Source of the DNA: Gammaproteobacteria bacterium
GTDB lineage: Bacteria; Pseudomonadota; Gammaproteobacteria; UBA4575
NCBI GenBank assembly: GCA_965247265.1
Contig: OZ252002.1
Span: forward strand, 1,205,031 to 1,269,030
Direction of reading: 5' to 3'
Length of the DNA stretch: 64,000 nt
In this document: piece after piece, positions 20,397 to 29,224 of the stretch
Layout: every line of letters begins with the position of its first letter
Numbering within the stretch: the first letter of the stretch is position 1
The notes under the pieces: generated by a model
What the model was told of the DNA's origin: nothing
Database searches by the model: none
The model's input: the letters and a program-made list of their open reading frames with translations, nothing else
Program-made: the position numbers and the translations under genes

Positions 20397-21167
20397 TTGA
20401 GCACAAACGATTTTCTTAAAGTTTCCAATGTTGAGGTTCACTACGGCCAAGCTGTTCTTGCCGTACAGAATGTGACGATGACCGTCGAACAGGGATCAAT
20501 TGTGTCCCTGTTTGGTGCCAATGGTGCGGGAAAATCTACTACACTCAAGGCAATATCCAAACTTCTCGAACAAGAGCGAGGTGAGGTCACTAAAGGTGAA
20601 ATCACTTGGCGCGGAGAGTCGCTTAGGCGTCTCTCCGCTTCCGATCTCGTTGCCAGGGGTATAGTTCAGGTGCTGGAAGGCCGACACGTTTTCCCACAAC
20701 TTACTGTGGAAGAAAATCTTAAGGCCGGCGCGTTTGTGCGTCGGCCCAATCGCGCCCAAATGGCTACAAGTTTGGAGCAGGTATACGAGTGGTTTCCCCG
20801 TCTTAAAGAGAGACACAAAACTAAAGCGGGGTTAACCTCAGGTGGTGAACAGCAGATGCTTGCAATTGGGCGTGCGTTAATGACCAAGCCTGTCCTGGTT
20901 CTGTTGGACGAACCTTCAATGGGTCTTGCACCCGTCATTATTCATGAAATTCTCGACATCATTAAGTCGATGAATCGCGAAAACGAAGTCAGTTTTTTGA
21001 TCGCTGAGCAAAATGTCAACCTCGCCATGAAATACGCCGACTATTGTTACATTTTAGAAAATGGCACCGTCGTTGTATCCGGCGACGCCGCTGAGCTATC
21101 TGCGCGTGACGATATTAAAGAGTTTTATCTTGGCTCGAATAGTTCTGAACCATTTAAGGAGAATTAA
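20397..21167 (+). CDS. Liv-type ABC transporter ATP-binding protein (LivF-like), second system
   Basis: Walker A GANGAGKSTTLK, signature SGGEQQML, Walker B VLLDEPSMG. TTG start as in the ORF track. Confidence 0.9.
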   Translation: MSTNDFLKVSNVEVHYGQAVLAVQNVTMTVEQGSIVSLFGANGAGKSTTLKAISKLLEQERGEVTKGEITWRGESLRRLSASDLVARGIVQVLEGRHVFPQLTVEENLKAGAFVRRPNRAQMATSLEQVYEWFPRLKERHKTKAGLTSGGEQQMLAIGRALMTKPVLVLLDEPSMGLAPVIIHEILDIIKSMNRENEVSFLIAEQNVNLAMKYADYCYILENGTVVVSGDAAELSARDDIKEFYLGSNSSEPFKEN

Positions 21168-21170
21168 GTT

Positions 21171-22685
21171 ATGGCAATAAAACGCCCAACCCAAGCTCAA
21201 ATGGAAGCGATTGTTGCAGATCTTGGTATGTCAATGAGTTCTGAGCGCGTTGCCGAATTTCTAACTGCAATGGAAGGGAATTTTCTAGCATATGATTTGA
21301 TCGAATCATTACCTGATGAAAAACCAAATGTTAAATATCCTCGTACACCTGGGTATCGGCCCTTACCTGAAGATAATTTACACAATGCTTGGTATGTGAA
21401 GTCCGAAATCAAAGGGAATGATACGGGTAAGCTTGTTGGTAAGACAGTTGCAATAAAAGACAATGTATGTGTTGCAGGTGTTCCAATGATGAATGGTGCA
21501 TCAACTCTTGAGGGTTATGTACCAGACATAGACGCAACGATAGTAACTCGCATTCTAGATGAGGGCGCTACGATTAAAGGTAAAACACATTGCGAATATT
21601 TCTGTTTGTCGGGGGGAAGTCACACTAATGCGACAGGTCTAGTTCACAATCCTTATAAAATGGGCTATTCCGCTGGTGGATCTTCTTCTGGCAGTGCAGT
21701 AGCAGTAGCGCTTGGCGAAGTTGACATGGCAGTAGGTGGTGATCAAGGTGGCTCCATTCGGATGCCATCGTCTTTCAGTGGTACATATGGAATGAAACCA
21801 ACTCATGGCTTAGTGCCTTACACCGGAACGATGCCAATTGAAAGTACTGTCGATCATGTAGGACCTATTACTAGTACAGTTGCTAATAACGCCTTAATGC
21901 TTGAAGTCATTGCCGGTGAGGATGGTCTTGACCCAAGACAATATAATGCGAAAGCTAAGCAATACACTAAGGCTCTCGGCAAAGATATTAATGATCTCAA
22001 GATTGGTATTGTCACCGAAGGTTTTGGGTTTGAAAACAGTGAAGCTGACGTCGATAACAGTGTGAGAGCGGCAGCTGATCGTTTAAAAAAACTTGGGGCC
22101 ACAGTGGGTGAAGTTTCTATTCCCATGCATCTTACAGGCCCAGCGATTTGGACACCAATAGTGATCGAAGGTCTTCAGTGGCAAATGATGCGCGGCAATG
22201 GTATGGGTATGAACTGGAAAGGGCTTTACAATACGGGTTTAATGGATGCTCACGCAAACTGGCGTGATCGTGCGGATGAGCTCTCTGATTCATTGAAGAT
22301 CTGCATGTTTATCGGCGAATATTTTATCCGCCAATATCGCGGTCGCTATTACGCCAAAGCACAAAACTTAGCGCGTCGATTAACCGCTGCTTATAACGCT
22401 GCTCTCAACGAGTACGATCTTCTATTAATGCCAACGACTCCGATGAAGGCAACACCATTACCAGATGCAGATGCACCGCTTGATTTATACTTGCAACGAG
22501 CGTTCGAAATGCTTTCCAATACTTCGCCATTTGACACAACAGGGCATCCGGCAATGGCCATACCTTGTGGCATGAGTGATGGTTTGCCAATAAGTATGAT
22601 GTTGATTGGTAAGCATTATGATGAGATGACAATTTATCAAGCTGCTGATGCTTTTGCCTCATCGGTAGATTGGAAAACGATCTAA
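21171..22685 (+). CDS. amidase (amidase-signature family)
   Basis: 504 aa. AS-family Gly/Ser-rich block AGGSSSGSAVAVA, upstream Lys in AIKDNVCVAG, GGSIRMPS. Confidence 0.9.
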   Translation: MAIKRPTQAQMEAIVADLGMSMSSERVAEFLTAMEGNFLAYDLIESLPDEKPNVKYPRTPGYRPLPEDNLHNAWYVKSEIKGNDTGKLVGKTVAIKDNVCVAGVPMMNGASTLEGYVPDIDATIVTRILDEGATIKGKTHCEYFCLSGGSHTNATGLVHNPYKMGYSAGGSSSGSAVAVALGEVDMAVGGDQGGSIRMPSSFSGTYGMKPTHGLVPYTGTMPIESTVDHVGPITSTVANNALMLEVIAGEDGLDPRQYNAKAKQYTKALGKDINDLKIGIVTEGFGFENSEADVDNSVRAAADRLKKLGATVGEVSIPMHLTGPAIWTPIVIEGLQWQMMRGNGMGMNWKGLYNTGLMDAHANWRDRADELSDSLKICMFIGEYFIRQYRGRYYAKAQNLARRLTAAYNAALNEYDLLLMPTTPMKATPLPDADAPLDLYLQRAFEMLSNTSPFDTTGHPAMAIPCGMSDGLPISMMLIGKHYDEMTIYQAADAFASSVDWKTI

Positions 22686-22703
22686 CGTTTAAAGGAGAAG
22701 CAA

Positions 22704-23330
22704 ATGGCGCAAAAACATAATCACCCGCACAACAAACCTCTTTCTGAAGTTGAATTGCGTGTTAAAGCATTGGAATCGGTGCTGACAGAAAAGCAATTGA
22801 TCGACCCTGAAGCGGTTGATCTTATTGTTGAGACTTATGAAACCAAAATTGGCCCACGCAATGGTGCGAAAGTCGTTGCTAAAGCCTGGACAGATCCGGA
22901 TTTCAAGAAGCGGCTTTTGAAAAATGCGACCGACGCAATTAAAGAGCTCGGTTTCTCCGGTGCACAAGGTGAAGATATGGTTGTCGTTGAGAACACGGAT
23001 AAAGTCCACAATATAGTCTGCTGTACTCTTTGCTCGTGCTATCCATGGCCCACACTTGGATTACCACCTGTATGGTATAAAGCGGCTCCGTACCGCTCGA
23101 AAGTGGTTAAAGACCCACGTGGTGTATTAAATGAATTTGGCGTGGAAATATCTGAAGATAAAGAGATCCGTGTCTGGGACAGTAATGCGGAGTTACGTTA
23201 TTTAGTACTTCCTCAAAGACCAAGTGGTACTGACGACATGAGTGAGGAACACCTTGCTGAGCTGGTGACACGAGATTCTATGATAGGCACCGGTCTCGCG
23301 CAAATTCAAAATAATTCTATCCTTAATTGA
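22704..23330 (+). CDS. nthA: nitrile hydratase alpha subunit, cobalt type
   Basis: 208 aa. Metal-binding claw [10 protein letters not shown] (Thr/Tyr variant, the cobalt type), [26 protein letters not shown]. Confidence 0.92.
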   Translation: MAQKHNHPHNKPLSEVELRVKALESVLTEKQLIDPEAVDLIVETYETKIGPRNGAKVVAKAWTDPDFKKRLLKNATDAIKELGFSGAQGEDMVVVENTDKVHNIVCCTLCSCYPWPTLGLPPVWYKAAPYRSKVVKDPRGVLNEFGVEISEDKEIRVWDSNAELRYLVLPQRPSGTDDMSEEHLAELVTRDSMIGTGLAQIQNNSILN

Positions 23331-23345
23331 TAGGAGGAAATAAAT

Positions 23346-23657
23346 ATGAACAGTATGCATGATCTTGGTGGTATGGATGGACACGGTCCCATCGAACCTA
23401 AGCAGAATGGACTTGTATTTCATGATGAATGGGAAAAACGCGTATTTGGTATGTTTATGGCGTGTTTTGCGGGCGGTCACTTTAATGTTGATGAATTCCG
23501 TCACTCCCGTGAACGAATGAACCCTGTAGATTACCTAAAATTCAGCTACTACGAACACTGGCTTGCATCAGTAGAGACACTGATGACAGAAAAAGGTGTT
23601 ATCTCCAAGAAAGAGCTAGATGAGCGTAAAAAACGTATTGAGATGGAGGGTGTCTAA
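23346..23657 (+). CDS. nitrile hydratase beta subunit, N-terminal half as a separate gene
   Basis: 103 aa. MNSMHDLGGMDGHGPI ... FHDEWEKRVF ... YYEHWL matches the N-terminal helical domain of NHase beta. Confidence 0.85.
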   Translation: MNSMHDLGGMDGHGPIEPKQNGLVFHDEWEKRVFGMFMACFAGGHFNVDEFRHSRERMNPVDYLKFSYYEHWLASVETLMTEKGVISKKELDERKKRIEMEGV

Positions 23658-24010
23658 TGCCAACACTTACAAAAGAAATGGTGCCTGGTTTAATTAGTAA
23701 TGGTGGTACATGTCGGGTTGACAAAGATGTTCCAGCCAACTTTTCTGTTGGTGATGCTGTAGAAATTAAAAACATTCATCCAGCACACCATACTCGTCTA
23801 CCGCGTTATATACGTGGTAAGGAAGGAATTATTAATAGAGACCATGGTGTATTTGTTTTTCCTGATACAAATGCTAATGGTAAAGGAGAAAAGCCACAGC
23901 ACGTGTACTCTGTTAAATTTTCATTCCAAGAGCTTTGGGGAGAAGACCAAATAGATAATATGTATCTTTATATCGACATGTTCGATGATTATATGCTGAA
24001 ACCCTCATGA
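23657..24010 (+). CDS. nitrile hydratase beta subunit, C-terminal half as a separate gene
   Basis: 117 aa. FSVGDAVEIKN ... HTRLPRYIRGKEG ... QHVYSVKFSFQELWGED matches the C-terminal beta-barrel domain of NHase beta. TAATG overlap with the previous ORF. Confidence 0.85.
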   Translation: MPTLTKEMVPGLISNGGTCRVDKDVPANFSVGDAVEIKNIHPAHHTRLPRYIRGKEGIINRDHGVFVFPDTNANGKGEKPQHVYSVKFSFQELWGEDQIDNMYLYIDMFDDYMLKPS

Positions 24011-24396
24011 ATGATTTGATCCAAAACTCAGACCTTAAAAAAACACCACATTTACCTCACGATGAAAGTGGCCCCGTTTTCGCAGCACCTTGGGAGGCGA
24101 AATCCTTTGCAATAATGCTCAATCTCCATCAACGGGGGTTATTTGATTGGACTGAATGGTGCGATACGCTATCCGAGGAAATTAAAGCAGCGCAGGCAGC
24201 GGGTGGTCCCGATTTGGGTGACACTTATTATATTCATTGGCTAGGTGCACTTGAAAAGTTAATTACTAAAAAAGAATTTGTCAGCATGGAAAAACTTGTT
24301 GAGTTTAAAGAAGATTGGGGGACTGCGGATAACCGCCGTGAATTTGGTGAAGCACCTGTTTTTGTAAGGGGAGCAGGCGAAACTGGTCATCATTAG
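24007..24396 (+). CDS. nitrile hydratase accessory (activator / metallochaperone) protein
   Basis: 129 aa. PVFAAPWEAKSFAIMLNLHQRGLFDWTEW ... YYIHWLGALEKL is the typical beta-like accessory-protein pattern. ATGA overlap with the preceding gene. Confidence 0.8.
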   Translation: MNDLIQNSDLKKTPHLPHDESGPVFAAPWEAKSFAIMLNLHQRGLFDWTEWCDTLSEEIKAAQAAGGPDLGDTYYIHWLGALEKLITKKEFVSMEKLVEFKEDWGTADNRREFGEAPVFVRGAGETGHH

Positions 24397-24470
24397 TCAA
24401 ATTTTGGAAGATGTCGCAAACGATTAGATTCTGCACACTAGTAATTATGAAAGTTGTATGTCAGAGAGTC

Positions 24471-24493
24471 CTGTGCATGGCGAATTCGTAATT
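24471..24493 (+). repeat. solo copy of the IS left-end inverted repeat
   Basis: CTGTGCATGGCGAATTCGTAATT versus CTGTGCGTGGCGAATTGGTAGTT at 13044-13066 (20/23 match). Same orientation. No IS body follows. Confidence 0.6.
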
Positions 24494-24757
24494 TAAGTAG
24501 CTAAAATATAATCTTACGAGGAAAATGTAAAAATGAATTCTCTGATGTTTCCCTGTTAATGAATTCGCAGAATTAAATTGAAGCTGTCCAAGTGATTGGT
24601 TTAACAATAGAATATCGGGCGTAGTTAGTAAAGACTACTTTATGATAGCTAGAGTAAAATTTTGTAGGTAGTGCTGTCGTACTTTCCTATTCGACACACT
24701 ACTGAAATTTTAAATGTTGGCCTATCTGTATTGTTTACAGTATTGTTAACGATGTTG

Positions 24758-25057
24758 CTAAGCAGCCACTTGGTGAGAAACAACCTCTTTTTTTATCTTC
24801 TTAAGACAAGTTGCTTTAGCCTGTTCCAAGTCGTAATGACTTTGTAAGTTCAACCAAAATTGTGCTGAATTTCCAAAATACTCCGATAACCTTAATGCAG
24901 TTTCAGCGGTAATTGCTCTCTCGCCATTAATAATTGAATTGATGCGAGATGGTGATACGTTAATACGTTTCGCTAGCTTATTTTGACTCACTTCCATAGG
25001 AATGAGGAATTCTTCAAGAAGAACATCACCAGGGGTAATAGATAGAGCTGTGTTCAT
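24758..25057 (-). CDS. higA: HigA-type antitoxin (XRE-family HTH)
   Basis: MNTALSITPGDVLLEEFL ... QNKLAKRINVSPSRINSIINGERAITAETALRLSEYFG. The ATG at 25057 lies 11 nt after the higB stop. Confidence 0.85.
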   Translation of the reverse strand: MNTALSITPGDVLLEEFLIPMEVSQNKLAKRINVSPSRINSIINGERAITAETALRLSEYFGNSAQFWLNLQSHYDLEQAKATCLKKIKKEVVSHQVAA

Positions 25058-25068
25058 AGTGGTTACCT

Positions 25069-25353
25069 TCAATCGTGATAATCGATTATATGTACTTCGT
25101 AACAATCATTCCCTTTAAATTGGAAGCATAATCTGTATTGGTCATTTATCCATATCGCCCAATAACCTTTCATATCTCCTTTTAACTTATGCAGTTTATT
25201 ACCAGGCTGTACCTTCAAATCATTAAATTCAGTTACAGCATGAATTAACAAAAGCTTTCGTCTAGCAACCTTTTGTAAATTCCTCGGTATACAACTTCCA
25301 TATCTACCTGCAAATATTTTCTGTGTCTCTTCGCAGGAAAAGGTCTTGATCAT
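25069..25353 (-). CDS. higB: HigB-type toxin (RelE/ParE superfamily, plasmid maintenance system killer)
   Basis: 94 aa. IKTF ... KIF ... ARRKLLLIHAV ... PGNKLHKLKGDMKGYWAIWINDQYRLCF. The toxin gene lies upstream of the antitoxin gene, as in hig loci. Confidence 0.85.
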   Translation of the reverse strand: MIKTFSCEETQKIFAGRYGSCIPRNLQKVARRKLLLIHAVTEFNDLKVQPGNKLHKLKGDMKGYWAIWINDQYRLCFQFKGNDCYEVHIIDYHD

Positions 25354-25758
25354 TGGTGGTTACTATACCGCAATACGGAATAGATCTGGTTATATAGACC
25401 ATATATCAGTTTTTAGAGTTCTCTCTATCATTAAGTACAATCATTCATATATACCCTACAGATAATATGGATATGTAATCACATTTAAATTTTCAAAAAA
25501 TTACTCTCACTGGGCACCTACTTTCTACTACCACGATTCGGGTTTTTGCCCCCACCCCCTCACATGATGGAAAATAAGAATGTTTTTATTTCAAAAGCTT
25601 ACACACTGGGAACAGTAATCCTGCTACTACAGCAGGTCTGATTGATCCCGTTTTTTGGGGGTTATCACCTATATAAATCAATAACTTACACATGGACTGT
25701 CAACGATTTGACGGGTATTAGCTATCAATCCATCTAATGTTAATCACTTTATTAATTC

Positions 25759-26025
25759 CTTTTAGTGTGAGAGTGAGACGGAAACGCGGTCCCACAGGCA
25801 GTTTTTTATTTCTTTTAGTGATGGGATAAAGCACCAACACGCTCCCATGTTAGATAAATTCTCTTTTTAGTGTTGAGGTAAAGCGCTTTCAAGCACCCAA
25901 GCACAGGTTTATTAATATATTTTACTGTTTGTCTAGATCAAAAGCACGTACCCATACAGTTTAATTAGCTCTTTTTTTGTGATGGCTATGGACTTGTAAA
26001 AGCACTTATTGCTGCTATACATTAC
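25759..26025. repeat. degenerate ~52-55-bp tandem repeats (iteron-like), 4-5 units
   Basis: TTTTAGTG occurs at 25760, 25813 and 25865, and TTTTGTG at 25975. Each unit also carries AAAGC about 15 nt later and then CCCA. The array is non-coding and lies between higB and the polymerase-like gene. Confidence 0.55.
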
Positions 26026-26415
26026 CGTTCATTCTTAAATTAATTTGATTATCACACCTAAAGCCTCATGAAGGGCAGGCGGGTTAGATACCCGCAGACA
26101 TACAGCCAACAAGTCAGTTACATTGATTAGATATTAGCTATTCATAGACTTGAATTAACATTACATAGACAGTTAACTTACTAGTAACAGTAATAATATA
26201 AAGTAAGGACAGGAATACCACGCCAGTGTGCCCAAAGCCTCTTGGGGGGCCGGCATGCGTGGATAAGTCCAGTACAGGAATAAGTACAGTACTTCTACAT
26301 TACTAACGGATCATCTATTGAGAATCTAAGCAGCTTTCTTTTGTTTACGGATCTGCACGACATCCCAAAGAGTGTAGTACCGTGAATAGTCTCGTCGATC
26401 ACGACTGGGATTTAC

Positions 26416-27902
26416 TCATGCAATTAACTCATCGAAAGCTGACTGATCAAGAATATTCTCAAGATCAAAATCATTATCCTTATCCAAATGGTCTGCATAA
26501 TGCTTTCGCAGATCACTCATGCTCTGTTTTCTTGATATAGGGCAGGGCATCTCAAATTTATCTAAAAACGCCTGATGCATTGATTTTTCGAGTACATCCC
26601 TAGCTCCAACTGGTGCTATGAAACTATCATGCATGGGAAGTACAACCCAGCCTTGATCAAGCATTTCTAACATGACTCTTTCTGCAATACCTGAATCTTT
26701 CCGCTGCAGCCTAAGTCCTTCACCTGTTCCGAATTCATGAGAAATCTTAGCGTGATGTTGTTTTACTTTCTCTAGAACCTGCTCACCGTTCATCCCAAGG
26801 TTTGGTAATAGACCATAATTGATGTTCTTCTGAACAGCCTTCCTGGCCTCTTCAGATGACTCGGCATTAACCATAGTGTAGAACGCGTCCTTAATTAGCT
26901 TCCTGTATTCTGGAATATTTCGATGTATCTCAAATGGATCTTGATCACCCCAATACTTATTTATCGATTCTTTGTATAGCATTCGCGCATGCATAACATC
27001 GAAATCTAGCTCAATTACTTCATCATCATAAGCATCCCAATTCCCAGGTTGATTTTCACAGATACGAATAAATTTTCGATATTCTTTTGGAATGTTCTGC
27101 CACCAACCACCATAAAATCTACCGCCTTGATTAAATTCATCCATTCGATTAAAGATTCTACATAGACGCTTTGCATGAAAATTGATGGGTTGTTTTTGGG
27201 GATCAGGATTCTGAGCTAGGCGCTTGTTAAGCTCTTTCAGTTCTGAATCCGGGATATAAAGCCCTATAAAAGTATCTCGTAGTTCTCGGTTAATCTTTTT
27301 AAGGTTTTTACGCATCTTGGTAGTTGTAATGCTTTCTTGGTAATCAATTGGGATTTTCTTTTTTTTTTCTTTTCATATGAAGCACGCAAGATAATGATTT
27401 CTTCAAGCTCTTCTCTATTAGGATGCTCATAGACCATATCTTGTGTAACTTCACACATTACAATTTTTTCCATTAATTTGGTTTTTGCCTGAATTCTGCT
27501 GTATCTACTTTTTCTAGTTTTATGGTCAATCCAACCATTTTTCCAAAACAAATAATCTAAATTCTTCAAATGATCAATTATAGTTTTTAAATATTCGTAA
27601 CCAATGTGTAACTCGTTGTACCTTCCATGTTTATAGTCATTTTCATTCATTGAATAGGCTATATACATAGTTGGATCATATAAATATGCATCGTACAGAT
27701 TTAGCACAATAAGCTTTATATGCTCACGTACTTTCTTTTTGCTTGGGACTTTCTCGTAGATAGGAACTTGCATGAGCTTTTCATAAAGCTCTTCTACAAC
27801 TTTTTTGACATTAGGATGATCTGAGTACGTGTAAACGTCTAAGAGCCAAGAGTTGTCGTACTCGTTTGCTGCCATACCAACCTTCCCTGGTGAGCAATTC
27901 AA
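26416..27902 (-). CDS. hypothetical protein with Pol A / T7-like single-subunit polymerase motifs; reading frame broken by a -1 change in an A10 run
   Basis: ORFs 27264-27902 and 26416-27315 overlap, and both frames are open across the A10 run (T10 at 27359-27368 on the plus strand). The C-terminal part has GGRFYGGWWQNIPKEYR (T/DxxGR-like), LDFDVMHARMLY (motif A-like), YRKLIKDAFYTMVN (motif B-like) and LPMHDSFI (motif C-like), in the canonical order. Confidence 0.45.
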
Positions 27903-28204
27903 TGATGATAGATAGCTAAATCATCCACCGACAATGATTGTCCATAATCAGAATAGGGATAAAAGGCTGTGATATATGGCTTGGAACGGCTGTGATACAG
28001 CTAGAGAGTGTCTAAACCTTGAAATTAATCAAAAAGTATTTGTAAAGTATATCATACAATGACAAGGCATAACCATATATTAGACATATATAACATACTT
28101 AAGGATAAGGGCTGATTTGCAATTGTTGATGCCAGTCATAAGGAAAATAGTTTAAATATTGTAGATAGTAAGATTTATAACTATTACTAAAAGGATTTAG
28201 TTAA

Positions 28205-28375
28205 ATGAAGAAATGTATATTTATGCTTCCTTTCTTACTCACTGCGATAATTGGGCCGCATGTAAGTAAACAATCCTATTTAGAGTGGATTTTAACTAAT
28301 GGATGGTGGTTAGCCATTCTATTTCTAATTGGATTTAGTTATTGCACACATCCTGAAATGTGGAGTAAAGATTAA
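28205..28375 (+). CDS. small hydrophobic protein (56 aa), hypothetical
   Basis: ATG ORF below the track threshold: MKKCIFMLPFLLTAIIG ... WWLAILFLIGF. First of three small same-strand ORFs. Confidence 0.3.
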   Translation: MKKCIFMLPFLLTAIIGPHVSKQSYLEWILTNGWWLAILFLIGFSYCTHPEMWSKD

Positions 28376-28387
28376 AAGGATTTAATT

Positions 28388-28654
28388 ATGATTACCATTT
28401 TGTTAATTATTATAGCGATTTTATTAGGAGTAATAGCTTACGCACTTAAACCAGAAGCTATTGGTGTATTGATAGGCGGTGCAGGTATTTTAGTAATTGT
28501 TGTAATAGGGCTAGTAATATTGGCCGCTGCAGGATTTTATCTATGGTACTGGTACAGCAACTTTGATAATGCAATGTGGTGGCAACATGCTATTGGTGGG
28601 TTTCTGACTTTAGTGGGACTAGGTGTTGTCATGGAAATTTTAGGCATAGAGTAG
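28388..28654 (+). CDS. small integral membrane protein, hypothetical
   Basis: 88 aa with three hydrophobic spans. AGGA-type RBS upstream. Confidence 0.5.
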   Translation: MITILLIIIAILLGVIAYALKPEAIGVLIGGAGILVIVVIGLVILAAAGFYLWYWYSNFDNAMWWQHAIGGFLTLVGLGVVMEILGIE

Positions 28655-28663
28655 GGGAATAAT

Positions 28664-28918
28664 ATGAAATGGATTTCTATTTTAATTTTACTATTTGCTA
28701 CATCAGTAGTAGCCAATGAAGAATTAATGTCATGGGATTTAGAAATTATGTATTCCGATGGTACATATGCGAGAGGCTTAGTGTATCTAAATAAGCAAGG
28801 GGAATTAGTTGGTACTTTGTTAGATGAAGATAATGAAGCATTTGTACAGGCTTATGGAACCCCAACTAATAATATGGAAGAGTGGTTAGGGATTAACACA
28901 AATCGCATAGAACTATAA
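28664..28918 (+). CDS. small secreted protein, hypothetical
   Basis: 84 aa with an N-terminal signal peptide (ISILILLFATSVVA). Starts 10 nt after the previous ORF. Confidence 0.5.
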   Translation: MKWISILILLFATSVVANEELMSWDLEIMYSDGTYARGLVYLNKQGELVGTLLDEDNEAFVQAYGTPTNNMEEWLGINTNRIEL

Positions 28919-28956
28919 TGGAAAGAAGTACATACATGGCCTCACAGTTCAAAAGC

Positions 28957-28990
28957 TGAATGACCGCTAACGACCCAAAGCGGACGTTCA
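28957..28990 (+). repeat. palindromic intergenic element, copy A of 8
   Basis: TGAATGACCGCTAACGACCCAAAGCGGACGTTCA. Confidence 0.8.
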
Positions 28991-29224
28991 ATACTTCATA
29001 GCTTCTTTAACTCTCGACTCTATCCTTAAATATACGATTTCCATTCCCAAAGCTTCACATCGTTGCTTTTGATTCATAGATGGGATGCATCGATTTCATA
29101 TTATTTAATTAAGTTGTGCATGGTTCAGAACTGTATTGAGGCAAGCATCTTTTACTACTGTGTAATAAACTAGGCGTGTAAAGCCTACACACTAATAATA
29201 AAAAACTAAGAAAGGCAAATTATT

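Noticed and set aside
22704-24010. Thiocyanate hydrolase instead of nitrile hydratase
   Set aside because: The three-gene split resembles SCNase, but several features fit a nitrile hydratase better. The alpha-type subunit has classical NHase length (208 aa). The gene order is alpha, then beta-N, then beta-C. The operon also contains an amidase and an NHase-type accessory protein. SCNase is not formally excluded.
25759-26025. CRISPR array
   Set aside because: The repeats are degenerate rather than near-identical. The period is about 52-55 bp with no clear repeat/spacer partition. There are only 4-5 units, and no cas genes are in the window.
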